Assembly (NCBI GenBank): GCA_963666055.2
Contig: CAXWPH010000012.1
Coordinates: 352,001-416,000, forward strand
Direction: 5' to 3'
Length of the DNA: 64,000 bases
DNA from: Acidobacteriota bacterium
GTDB lineage: Bacteria > Acidobacteriota > UBA890 > WLXD01
A program made the position numbers and the translations under genes. The notes beneath the pieces are model-generated. The model did no database searches, was not told the origin of the DNA, and saw nothing but the letters and a program-made list of their open reading frames with translations. Numbering within the stretch: position 1 is the first letter of the stretch; each line of letters opens with the position of its first letter. This document shows, piece after piece, positions 39,199 to 48,549 of the stretch.

Positions 39199-41859
39199 AT
39201 GTCCACCCGCCGCACACCTCTGTCCGAGGTCGACCCGCGCGAAACGCGCGAGTGGATCGAAAGTCTCGAGGCCGTTCTGCACCACGACGGCCCGCAGCGG
39301 GCGGCGTTTCTCCTGGCTCGGCTGGCTGACCGCGCCCGTCTCGACGGAATCGAGGTGTCGACGCTTCCGTCACGCTATACGAACACCATCGGCGTCGACC
39401 GCCAGCCCTCTTATCCCGGCGACCTCGAGCTCGAAGCGCGCATCTCGGCATGTGTACGTTGGAACGCCATGGCGATGGTGGTGCGGGCGAATCGCGAGGC
39501 GCCCGAGCTCGGCGGCCACCTGTCGACCTATGCCTCCGCCGAGGCACTCTACGAGGTCGGCTTCAACCACTTCTTCCATGCTCGCACCGATGAGCACGCC
39601 GGCGACCTGGTCTACTTTCAAGGGCACTCGTCGCCAGGGATCTACGCACGTGCCTATCTCGAAGGACGTCTGAGCGAGGAAGATCTCGACAGGTTCCGAC
39701 AAGAGGCCGGGAGCGGTGGGCTGTCGTCGTACCCGCACCCCTGGCTGATGCGTGACTTCTGGCAGTTTGCCACCGTTTCGATGGGCCTGGGCGCGATCAT
39801 GGCGATCTACCAGGCTCGTTTTCTGCGTTACCTGGAGAACCGCGGCCTCGTTCCTCAAAGCGACCGCAAGATCTGGGCCTTCCTCGGCGACGGCGAGATG
39901 GACGAGCCCGAGTCCCTGGGCGCCATCACGGTGGCGACTCGTCAGGGACTGGACAACCTGGTTTTCGTCGTCAACTGCAACCTACAGCGGCTCGACGGCC
40001 CGGTGCGCGGCAACGGCAGCATCGTGCGCGAGCTCGAGGCAGTGTTCCGAGGTGCCGGGTGGAACGTTCTGAAGGTGCTATGGGGAACCGACTGGGACGA
40101 GTGGCTCACCGGGCCGCACGCCGACCTGCTCGTGCGTCGTATGGAGGAGGCGGTCGACGGCGACTACCAAGCCTATGCCGCAGATGGCAGTGGCAAGTTG
40201 CTGCGTGAGGAGTTCTTCGGCCGCTATCCGGAGCTCGCCAGCCTGGTAGAAGACATGACTGATGCGGAGATCGCCGTCATGCCGTCGCGGCGTGGCGGCC
40301 ACGACGAGCACAAGGTCTACGCCGCGTTCGCCGCTGCCGTGGCGCATCGCGGTCAACCGACGATCATCCTGGCCAAGACCATCAAGGGCTATGGACTGGG
40401 GACTGCCGCGGCGCGCAACCCGACCCACCAGCAGAAGAAGCTCTCCGACGCGGGGATTCGGGCATACCGCGATTGGCTCGACCTACCGATCTCCGACGAG
40501 GAGATCGACGAACTGCCCTACGTCCAGCTCCCTGATGACGCCGCCAAATATCTGGATGAGCGTCGCACCGAGCTCGGCGGCCCGTTTCCGACACGACGAG
40601 TCGTTGCCGAGCCGCTGGAGGTGCCTGCGCTCGACGCCTTCAAGGCGCAGCTGAGGCCATCTGGCGATCGCGAGTTCTCCACCACGATGGTGTTCGTTCG
40701 CATCCTGTCGACGTTATTGCGCAACGAGGTCATCGGTCCACGTGTGGTCCCGATCGTGCCTGACGAAGCGCGCACGTTCGGCATGGAGGGCTTGTTCCGG
40801 CAGGTGGGTATCTACGCTCCATTCGGACAGCTCTATACACCAACCGATCGCGACCAGCTCGCCTACTACCGCGAGGACCAGTCCGGCCAGATTCTGCAGG
40901 AAGGGATCACCGAAGCCGGAGCGTTCTCATCGTGGATAGCCGCCGCGACGGCGTACGTGAACCACGACCTGCCGATGATCCCCTTCTATATTTACTATTC
41001 CATGTTCGGGTTACAGCGCATCGGCGACCTCGCGTGGGCCGCCGCCGACATGCAAGCTCGCGGCTTCCTGCTCGGTGCCACCGCGGGTCGAACCACGCTG
41101 GCCGGCGAGGGCCTACAGCACGCGGACGGGCACAGCCACGTGCTGGCCTCGGCGATCCCTACTTGCAGAGCCTACGATCCAACCTACGCCCACGAGGTCG
41201 CGGTCATCATCCAGCATGGTCTACAGGCGATGTACGTTAACGACGAAGCGGCGTTCTACTACGTCACACTGATGAACGAGAACTACCCGCACCCGGGATT
41301 GCCCGAGGACGCTGCCGCCGGCATCGTGAGGGGCATGTACTTGCTCCGCAGCGCAGCAGCGACACCTCAGGTACAGCTGATGGGTAGTGGCGCGATCCTG
41401 CGCGAGGTCGAGGCTGCCGCAGAGATGCTGGGCAACGATTTCGAGATCGCGGCTGATGTTTGGAGCGTCACCAGCTTTACCGAGCTTGGCCGCGACGGCA
41501 TGGCGGCGGCGCGCTGGAGCCGTCTCCACCCGGAAGCGCCGGCGCGGCGATGTTTTGTGCACCAGCAGCTCGCCGAGAGGCCCGGGCCCGTGGTCGCCGC
41601 GACCGACTACTTGGAGACATTCGCCGAGCAAATCCGGCCATTCGTCGAGCGCCGGTTCGTGGCTCTGGGCACCAACGGCTTCGGGCGCAGCGACACACGC
41701 ACAAAGCTGCGCGCGTTCTTCGAGGTCGATCGTCGCCATGTTGTCGTCGCGGCCTTGAAAGCGCTTGCCGACGACGGCGTAGTCAAGCCGGAGACGGTGG
41801 CCGCCGCTATCAACAAGTACGACATCGACCCCGAAGCTGCCGACCCGGCAACGGTGTAG
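39199..41859 (+). CDS. aceE: Pyruvate dehydrogenase E1, homodimeric type
   Basis: DPRETREW, GGHLSTYAS, TVSMGLG, GDGEMDEPES and PDEARTFGMEGLF motifs. Confidence 0.97.
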   Translation: MSTRRTPLSEVDPRETREWIESLEAVLHHDGPQRAAFLLARLADRARLDGIEVSTLPSRYTNTIGVDRQPSYPGDLELEARISACVRWNAMAMVVRANREAPELGGHLSTYASAEALYEVGFNHFFHARTDEHAGDLVYFQGHSSPGIYARAYLEGRLSEEDLDRFRQEAGSGGLSSYPHPWLMRDFWQFATVSMGLGAIMAIYQARFLRYLENRGLVPQSDRKIWAFLGDGEMDEPESLGAITVATRQGLDNLVFVVNCNLQRLDGPVRGNGSIVRELEAVFRGAGWNVLKVLWGTDWDEWLTGPHADLLVRRMEEAVDGDYQAYAADGSGKLLREEFFGRYPELASLVEDMTDAEIAVMPSRRGGHDEHKVYAAFAAAVAHRGQPTIILAKTIKGYGLGTAAARNPTHQQKKLSDAGIRAYRDWLDLPISDEEIDELPYVQLPDDAAKYLDERRTELGGPFPTRRVVAEPLEVPALDAFKAQLRPSGDREFSTTMVFVRILSTLLRNEVIGPRVVPIVPDEARTFGMEGLFRQVGIYAPFGQLYTPTDRDQLAYYREDQSGQILQEGITEAGAFSSWIAAATAYVNHDLPMIPFYIYYSMFGLQRIGDLAWAAADMQARGFLLGATAGRTTLAGEGLQHADGHSHVLASAIPTCRAYDPTYAHEVAVIIQHGLQAMYVNDEAAFYYVTLMNENYPHPGLPEDAAAGIVRGMYLLRSAAATPQVQLMGSGAILREVEAAAEMLGNDFEIAADVWSVTSFTELGRDGMAAARWSRLHPEAPARRCFVHQQLAERPGPVVAATDYLETFAEQIRPFVERRFVALGTNGFGRSDTRTKLRAFFEVDRRHVVVAALKALADDGVVKPETVAAAINKYDIDPEAADPATV

Positions 41860-41885
41860 GCCCGACCGCGACAACGGAGACGGAG

Positions 41886-43160
41886 TTGGCTCAAATAAGA
41901 GAGGTCAAGGTCCCGGACGTCGGCGACTTCGACGATGTCGAGGTTGTGGAGCTGCTGGTTGCGCCCGGCGACACGGTATCGGTGGATCAGTCGCTGATCA
42001 CGCTCGAGAGCGACAAGGCCTCCATGGAGGTGCCGTCGCCGGTAGCGGGCGTCGTTGCCGAGCTCCGCGTCGCCATCGGCGATACCGTGGCCGAGGGCAA
42101 CGTGATCTTGACCCTCGAACCAGCCGGCGCCGCATCCGCTGACGAGCCGTCGTCGGGCGGAGATCCGTTCAAGGCGTTCCACCAGGAACCGCGAGCGCCT
42201 GAGCCGGAGATGGCCTCGCCGGTGCCCCCACCTCGTGCGCATGCGCCGCGGGTAACCGCCGAGCCCGTCGATCCAGCTTCCCTTCCCTGGGCGAGCCCAT
42301 CGACCCGCAAGCTGGCCCGCGAGCTCGGGGTCGACCTCTCGACACTGGTCGGCAGCGGACGCGACGGGCGTGTCACACCAGCGGATGTCGAGACCGGCGC
42401 CCGCCGGGCCACGACCACAGGCTCGGCGCTGCCCGAGATGCCGGCGATCGACTTCACACAGTTCGGAGAGATCGAGGTCCAGCCGCTGACTCGTATCCAG
42501 AGGCTAACCGGTGAGAATCTGCACCGGGCATGGCTACACGTGCCGCACGTCACGCAATTCGACGAGGCCGACATTACCGAGCTCGAAGCCTTCCGCAGGG
42601 CACACCTGGCCGAGGCCGAGGGGCTCGGGTTCAAGCTCACCTTCGTCGGCTTCATGCTGACGGCGGCGGCCGCCGCGTTACGCAAGTTTCCACGCTTCAA
42701 CTCGTCGCTCGACCCGGCCGGCGGTGGGCTCATCGCCAAGCGCTACACGCACATAGGCGTGGCCGTTGAGACCCCGAAGGGTCTCGTCGTACCGGTAATC
42801 CGTGACGTCGACAAGAAACGTGTCTTCCAGCTCGCCGAGGAGCTCGCCGACATCAGCTCGCGGGCCCGCGAAGGAAAGCTCACCCTATCCGATATTCAGG
42901 GGGGGAGCTTCACGATCTCCAGCCTTGGAGGCATCGGCGGCACTGCCTTCACGCCGATCGTCAACGCCCCGGAAGTCGCCATCCTCGGGGTCTCGCGCGC
43001 CCAGATGCGACCCGTCTGGCAGGACGGAGAGTTCGCACCGCGCCTCATGCTGCCACTGTCCCTTTCCTACGACCATCGGGTCATCGACGGCGCCGCCGCC
43101 GCCAGGTTCACCACCTACCTGGCCGGCGTGCTTTCGGACATCCGCAACTTGCTGCTATAG
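41886..43160 (+). CDS. aceF: Dihydrolipoamide acetyltransferase E2 (single lipoyl domain)
   Basis: LESDKASMEVP, E3-binding ASPSTRKLARELG and catalytic DHRVIDG; TTG start inferred. Confidence 0.93.
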   Translation: MAQIREVKVPDVGDFDDVEVVELLVAPGDTVSVDQSLITLESDKASMEVPSPVAGVVAELRVAIGDTVAEGNVILTLEPAGAASADEPSSGGDPFKAFHQEPRAPEPEMASPVPPPRAHAPRVTAEPVDPASLPWASPSTRKLARELGVDLSTLVGSGRDGRVTPADVETGARRATTTGSALPEMPAIDFTQFGEIEVQPLTRIQRLTGENLHRAWLHVPHVTQFDEADITELEAFRRAHLAEAEGLGFKLTFVGFMLTAAAAALRKFPRFNSSLDPAGGGLIAKRYTHIGVAVETPKGLVVPVIRDVDKKRVFQLAEELADISSRAREGKLTLSDIQGGSFTISSLGGIGGTAFTPIVNAPEVAILGVSRAQMRPVWQDGEFAPRLMLPLSLSYDHRVIDGAAAARFTTYLAGVLSDIRNLLL

Positions 43161-43168
43161 AAACACTG

Positions 43169-44965
43169 ATGACGGATCTGATTGAAGTTCGGGTGCCCGA
43201 CATCGGCGACTTCGACAACGTCGAGGTCACCGAGCTAATGGTGCGGCCGGGCGATGTCGTCGAGGCCGAGGCCTCTCTGATAGTGCTCGAGAGCGACAAG
43301 GCCAGCCTCGAGCTCCCGGCGCCAGTGGGTGGCATCGTGCGGAAGGTGCACGTGACGATCGGAGATACGGTATCGGAGGGGTCGCCGGTCGCCACCATCG
43401 AGCCGAGCGACAGTGCCGACATCCATGCCGAGCCGCCGGCGCCGCAGGTCCGCCAGCAACCCGCCGCGCCGGAGCCCGAGCAGCCATCGCCGACACCTCC
43501 GCCGCGAGCGTCTTCGCCGGCCGCGCCGCTGCCGCAGGAAACACCGTTGCCCACCGCAGACATCCAGACCGAAGTGGTGGTGATCGGATCCGGCCCCGGC
43601 GGCTACACAGCCGCATTCCGAGCCGCCGATCTAGGCAAGCAGGTGGTGCTCGTCGAGCGCTTCGCACGCCTCGGTGGAGTGTGCCTCAACGTCGGGTGCA
43701 TCCCGTCCAAGGCCATGCTGCACGCGGCCGCGCTGATCGACGAGGCGGCCGAGTTCAAGAGTCGCGGCATCGATTTCGGAACGCCGAAATTCGACCTCCC
43801 GGCGCTCGCGAACTGGAAGGACAGCGTCGTCGACGGGCTCACCGGGGGGCTCGTGCAGCTCGCCAAGAAGCGCGGCGTCACCGTGGTTCAGGGACGAGCG
43901 ACGTTTACGGGCGAGCACACGCTGTTGATTCAACAACAGCAAGACCAACGGACGTTGGCCTACCAGAGCGCCATCATCGCCGTCGGGTCGCGCGCCGCCA
44001 TGCTTCCCGGGGTACCCGAGGACGACGACCGCCTATGGACCTCGAACGACGCCATCCGTTTCGACTGCATACCGAATCGCCTGCTGGTGGTCGGTGGCGG
44101 CATCATTGGTCTCGAGCTCGCCCAGGTCTACGCCTCACTCGGTAGCAGGGTCACGGTGGTCGAGCTACTCGACGGGCTCATGCCCGGAGCGGACCGCGAC
44201 CTCGTACGCCTGCTGGAGCGTCGTATCAAGACGCGCTACGAGAACATTTTCACAGCCACGAAAGTCACCGCGATCAAGCCGCTCAAGCGCGGGCTCAAGG
44301 TCACAATGGAGGGCCCGAAAGCACCCGCAGTCGATACTTTCGACGCCGTGCTCGTCGCCGTCGGACGGCGGCCGAACGGCGACCGCATAGGAGCGGAGGT
44401 CGCCGGCATCCACGTCGACACACGCGGCTTCGTTGCCACCGACCTGCAACAGCGCACCAACGTGGCGCACATCTTCGCTATCGGCGACGTCGCCGGCGAG
44501 CCCATGCTGGCCCACAAGGCGACTCATGAGGGAAAGGTCGCGGCCGAGGTGATCGCCGGCAAGGCGCGCGCGTTCGACGCCAGCGTGATCCCGTCGGTCG
44601 CCTACACCGACCCGGAGGTCGCTTGGGTGGGGATCACCGAGGAGGAGGCCGCTGAGCAGGGCGTCCAAGTCGAGAAGGGGCGTATCCCTTGGGGTGTAAG
44701 TGGTCGCGCTCAAGGACTGGGTCGACCCGAGGGGTTGACCAAGCTGCTCTTCGACGCCAAGAACGGTCGCCTGCTCGGCGCCGGTTTCGTCGGTGCGCAC
44801 GCCGGCGACCTCATCGGAGAGGCTGCGCTGGCTATCGAAATGGGGGCCAACGCCACCGATATCGGGCTCACGATACACCCGCATCCGACGCTCTCGGAGA
44901 CGCTGGCCTTCGCTGCCGAGGCCGTCGAGGGCACGCTGACCGATCTGTACCTGCCGAAGCGTTAG
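43169..44965 (+). CDS. lpdA: Dihydrolipoamide dehydrogenase E3 with N-terminal lipoyl domain
   Basis: LESDKASLELP, GSGPGGY, GGVCLNVGCIPSK and HPHPTLSE motifs. Confidence 0.96.
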   Translation: MTDLIEVRVPDIGDFDNVEVTELMVRPGDVVEAEASLIVLESDKASLELPAPVGGIVRKVHVTIGDTVSEGSPVATIEPSDSADIHAEPPAPQVRQQPAAPEPEQPSPTPPPRASSPAAPLPQETPLPTADIQTEVVVIGSGPGGYTAAFRAADLGKQVVLVERFARLGGVCLNVGCIPSKAMLHAAALIDEAAEFKSRGIDFGTPKFDLPALANWKDSVVDGLTGGLVQLAKKRGVTVVQGRATFTGEHTLLIQQQQDQRTLAYQSAIIAVGSRAAMLPGVPEDDDRLWTSNDAIRFDCIPNRLLVVGGGIIGLELAQVYASLGSRVTVVELLDGLMPGADRDLVRLLERRIKTRYENIFTATKVTAIKPLKRGLKVTMEGPKAPAVDTFDAVLVAVGRRPNGDRIGAEVAGIHVDTRGFVATDLQQRTNVAHIFAIGDVAGEPMLAHKATHEGKVAAEVIAGKARAFDASVIPSVAYTDPEVAWVGITEEEAAEQGVQVEKGRIPWGVSGRAQGLGRPEGLTKLLFDAKNGRLLGAGFVGAHAGDLIGEAALAIEMGANATDIGLTIHPHPTLSETLAFAAEAVEGTLTDLYLPKR

Positions 44966-45100
44966 CCGTTCAGGAAGTGGCTCGCCCCTCCCGTCCGGAC
45001 GCTAGGAAGCTCCGTCAGCCGATACACTCGGGTCGCCGGAAGGGTCCGTTGTCGCCGCTGGTGCCCTACGCATACACCGACCTCCTCGGAGACGCTGCGC

Positions 45101-45970
45101 ATGCGATTCGATCCAATCCTGGGGCCAACTCTGGTGCTCGGCCTGTTGTCGATTCCCGTCGCGGCCACCGCACAGGAAGGCACCTCCCCGCCAACCGAGC
45201 CGGCGGGCTGGTCGGGCACTGCGGAGGCCACGTTCGTGTTCACCGGCGGCAACTCCTCGGCAAGCAGCCTCGGCTTTCGCCTGGCGATTGGTCGCGATTG
45301 GCTCGGCGGCAGCGTGGCGCTGGAGGGTGGTGGAATTCGCGTGAAGTCGAGCACGCGCACTCTGACGGCGATCGGCAACATCGATGACTTCTCGGTACTG
45401 GAGGAGACGTTGACCAGCCTCACTGCGGAGAACTACTACGCCCGCGTGCGCTTTGACCATCCGCTCGGCGGCAACCTCCTTTGGTATGTGGGCGGCGGCT
45501 GGGAGCGCAACCATTTCGCCGGAATCGACAGCCGCTACGCGATCACCGCCGGCCTGGCTCGTATTTGGTTCGAGAACGAGCGCTCGCACTTGCGCACAGA
45601 TCTCGGGCTCACATACACACAAGAGAGCTTCGTTACTTCTATCGACGGCGCCGATTTCGGCGGGTTGCGTTTCTCCTGGGACGTTGGACGAGCGTTGAGC
45701 GACTCCACAACCTTCGAGAGTAAGCTGATCGTAGATGACAACCTTGCGGAGACGGCCGACCTGCGGGCTGATTTCCTCAACTCGCTGGCGGTAGCGATGA
45801 GCGACCGACTGGCGCTCAAGATCAGCTTCCAAGTGATTTGGGACAACCGGCCGGCGCTCGTCGGAATACCCCTGGTACTCTTGGACGGTTTCGTGCCGGG
45901 AGACATCGTACTGACCCCACTCGGCAAGACAGACAGCCTATTGACGCTTGCACTGGTGGTTAACTTCTAG
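45101..45970 (+). CDS. DUF481-like outer-membrane beta-barrel protein
   Basis: Signal peptide; 'WSGTAE......GGNS', F.GI.SRY, 'DN.P', C-terminal Phe. Confidence 0.75.
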   Translation: MRFDPILGPTLVLGLLSIPVAATAQEGTSPPTEPAGWSGTAEATFVFTGGNSSASSLGFRLAIGRDWLGGSVALEGGGIRVKSSTRTLTAIGNIDDFSVLEETLTSLTAENYYARVRFDHPLGGNLLWYVGGGWERNHFAGIDSRYAITAGLARIWFENERSHLRTDLGLTYTQESFVTSIDGADFGGLRFSWDVGRALSDSTTFESKLIVDDNLAETADLRADFLNSLAVAMSDRLALKISFQVIWDNRPALVGIPLVLLDGFVPGDIVLTPLGKTDSLLTLALVVNF

Positions 45971-45975
45971 CGCTC

Positions 45976-46017
45976 ATGTCCGACGCTGTACGGGTTTACG
46001 GGTTCTTAGCGTCATAG
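45976..46017 (+). pseudogene. Stranded original 5' end of the GST gene (MSDAVRVYGF, then LAS* from inserted DNA)
   Basis: ATG 5 bp after the DUF481 stop; TAC GGG TTC (YGF) is identical and in the same reading phase as the GST YGF codons at 47927-47935. Confidence 0.7.
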
Positions 46018-47935
46018 TCCGTCGCTGCTGGCTTTTTCTCCTGGTGATACCGATTCTGTACCTGAGGGGCCCCGCAAATCCCCAGGTGTGGATGAGGATC
46101 TCTCGATCGGCCGCAGATGGGCCTCCAAGAAGCGGCGTAAGAACGACCAGCTGCTGCGCGCGATGTTTCAGTTCATCGAGAATTCGGACGGGACCTTCCG
46201 CATCGTCTCTACAAAACACGGCAACTACGCGCTGGATGCCGAGGGGTCTGGCGGCACCAGGAAGCTCATCCTGCGGGATGTCCGGAGTGGTTCATTAGAC
46301 ACCAAGGTCGCGGGCTATCTCACCTTCGAGATAACCACCGGCAGCCCGATCGTCCTGAGCGCAACAGGACGTAAGATGGCCAAACGTCGGTCTGACTTCG
46401 GGGATGATTTCGTCGATGACCCCAGTTGGAAAACCCAGCAGGTAACTCTGCTGAACGGCAGCCTGGTACTGGAAAAAGGCGCGGGCACGCCGATGCGCTT
46501 GTACGCGGCTTCCATCGACCTGGATATCCCATTCGATTTCAACCCGGATGGAACCGAGCGCGTCAGCAACGCCGAGGCAACGCCGGTGGTCACAGAGGAC
46601 AGGGTCTCTGAGACCGCCGGCAAAGTGGTGGATAAATACCAAGCTCAGATTGCAGCGGCTGGCGCCAACGCCGGAACGTCAAGAGCAGCAGCCGCCATGC
46701 TAGCCGCAATCGAGGACGATCTTGCAGCCGAGGGTGCCCAGATGCGTTACCCCGCCGAGTTCTACATGACCTTCCGCGATGGACTCCTCGCGCGGACCCT
46801 CGAATCCTCAGAATCGACCGATGGCGTGCTCGGCCAACTCACCGTGCCGTACGTGTACTTCACCAACGAAACCGACGGTGACGGGGTCCACCATCCCTTC
46901 ATGGTGATCGCTAGTTACGGACTACCCGACAGCCTGGCACTGCTGTGGGATGTGGCAAGGCCACCGGGTGACGGTGTGGATCCTGAGTTCACGAACCAAT
47001 CAGTGACGCGCAGTTTCCACCGAGAAGGCTTTCTGACGAAGATCCCCCTGCGAGATTACGGAGAGGTCGAGAGCCTGACGGAGAATGTTATGAACGCCGA
47101 CCTCGCGAGCGACGTCGGCGTCACGGAATTCACTCACCACAACAGAACGAGCGTGTCGGCGACCGGAATGGCCATTGACGGCGTGATCATATATCCGACA
47201 TTCAACAACTCGCTGCACGTCGCGCAAGCGGACGCGGAGCTCTCGGCCCATGGTATGCACTCCGGACGCGGCCTCGGCTTGCACTATCACGCGGACGCGC
47301 ACAGCGCCAAGGGAGAAGGTCTGAATCTGTACAACGACGCGGATTACGAGGGACGTTCGCACCCTCCCATCGTCAGCATCGGTTTCGACGGTGTGGCGGG
47401 CTACGGTTTCTATCTGGCAGGTGACAGAAAGAGTGACGGAGCCAGAGTCGCCTTGGACGACTTCGGCGGGCATGAACACGGTGGCTACGCCTACCACTAC
47501 CATTCCTTCACGGCGGAGGAAGTTACCGATACTGGCGGTAGACCTGGGGACCCGCCGGGAGGAGTTCCCTACACAGCGCACATGTTGCCACCGCTCGGCG
47601 CCTGGGGGGGGCGCATTAACGACGTCCCCGAGTTCTGGGACAACAGGGCTCCGAACTTTGTCGGCGGGAATAGCGTGTTTCTCGGCACCGCGGAATAGAG
47701 GCTACCGTGGCAGTCCTCGTCGTCCGATTCATCTGGCGCTGCTCTCCCATGGTGAGAGCCGATCTATTCCGCTAGGCGGAGCTGTCGCCCGAGGAGAAGG
47801 CCAAGATCCCAGGGTGCGTATAGGGTGCGGAATGGCTGATACCACTTTGATACCGATTTACCCCCTTTTACCGGCCATTTACCCTTATTCGACCCCTAAA
47901 CCACGGTGATTTCATTGATAAAGATTTACGGGTTC
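45995..47935. mobile_element. Integrase-less mini-island (1930 bp) inserted in the 5' end of a GST gene
   Basis: 11-bp direct repeat TTTACGGGTTC at 45995-46005 and 47925-47935; TGATACCGATT at 46045-46055 and 47848-47858; tandem TGATACC-type sites 11 bp apart inside both ends. Confidence 0.75.
46088..47698 (+). CDS. YHYH-domain protein, probably 5'-truncated (island cargo)
   Basis: GMAIDGVIIYP, GLHYHAD, IGFDGVAGYG and LDDFGGHEHGGYAYHYH motifs; no clear RBS or signal peptide; starts 26 bp after the left arm sites. Confidence 0.7.
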   Translation: MDEDLSIGRRWASKKRRKNDQLLRAMFQFIENSDGTFRIVSTKHGNYALDAEGSGGTRKLILRDVRSGSLDTKVAGYLTFEITTGSPIVLSATGRKMAKRRSDFGDDFVDDPSWKTQQVTLLNGSLVLEKGAGTPMRLYAASIDLDIPFDFNPDGTERVSNAEATPVVTEDRVSETAGKVVDKYQAQIAAAGANAGTSRAAAAMLAAIEDDLAAEGAQMRYPAEFYMTFRDGLLARTLESSESTDGVLGQLTVPYVYFTNETDGDGVHHPFMVIASYGLPDSLALLWDVARPPGDGVDPEFTNQSVTRSFHREGFLTKIPLRDYGEVESLTENVMNADLASDVGVTEFTHHNRTSVSATGMAIDGVIIYPTFNNSLHVAQADAELSAHGMHSGRGLGLHYHADAHSAKGEGLNLYNDADYEGRSHPPIVSIGFDGVAGYGFYLAGDRKSDGARVALDDFGGHEHGGYAYHYHSFTAEEVTDTGGRPGDPPGGVPYTAHMLPPLGAWGGRINDVPEFWDNRAPNFVGGNSVFLGTAE

Positions 47936-48502
47936 GAGACCTCGAACAACTTCAAAATCCGTGTGGCGCTCGGCTACAAGGACATCCCCTACGAGTTCCA
48001 CACCATCGCCCCGGACGACAGGTCCTTGGTGATCGAGGTCTCCGGGCAACCCTTCACCCCGGTGCTGGTCCACGGCGACGTCGTGATCCCTGATTCGGCG
48101 GCGATTCTCCGCTACCTCGACGCCAACTTCCGGGATACTCCGCAGCTGTACAGTCGTGACTACGACGAGCTGCGCGAGATCGAGGAATGGGAAAGCTGGG
48201 GACGTGCCACCCTGGCGCGACCGCTGCTGATGTTGGTTCGTCAGCGGCGGGCGGGTCGAGATGATCCGTCTGAGGTTCAGGAGGCCACGCAGCTCCTGGC
48301 GTCTGCTTGCCTACAACTCGAGGAACGGCTCTGCGACAACGAGTGGCTCGTGGGCAACCGGCTCACCGCCGCCGACGTCACCTGCGGCCCAGTCATGTAT
48401 CGAGCCAGCGAGTCCGGCATGCTGCCGTTGCCCGACAACATAGACGCGGCGCGCCAATGGATGCGCCGGGTGATGATGCACGATGCAGGCACACCACAGT
48501 AG
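47906..48502 (+). CDS. Glutathione S-transferase family protein with island-derived N-terminus
   Basis: S.N.FKIRVALGYKDIPYE, TPVLVHG...IPDSAAILRYLD and WLVGNRLTAADV motifs; start at GTG 47906 or TTG 47915 (MIKIYG). Confidence 0.88.
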   Translation: MISLIKIYGFETSNNFKIRVALGYKDIPYEFHTIAPDDRSLVIEVSGQPFTPVLVHGDVVIPDSAAILRYLDANFRDTPQLYSRDYDELREIEEWESWGRATLARPLLMLVRQRRAGRDDPSEVQEATQLLASACLQLEERLCDNEWLVGNRLTAADVTCGPVMYRASESGMLPLPDNIDAARQWMRRVMMHDAGTPQ

Positions 48503-48549
48503 CGTCGAGAGACCGCCGGGATCGCCGCTGAGCCTGCCTTATCGCCTCA

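Noticed and set aside
41909-43310. DNA similarity between the 5' ends of aceF and lpdA
   Set aside because: Explained by homologous lipoyl domains; lipoyl-bearing E3 is well known.
47699-47836. Integrase remnant at the right end of the island
   Set aside because: No tyrosine-recombinase motif is recognisable in the plus-strand frames examined.
47929-47944. GGGTTCGAGACC resembling a tRNA T-arm
   Set aside because: There is no acceptor or anticodon stem, and the sequence encodes GST residues GFET.
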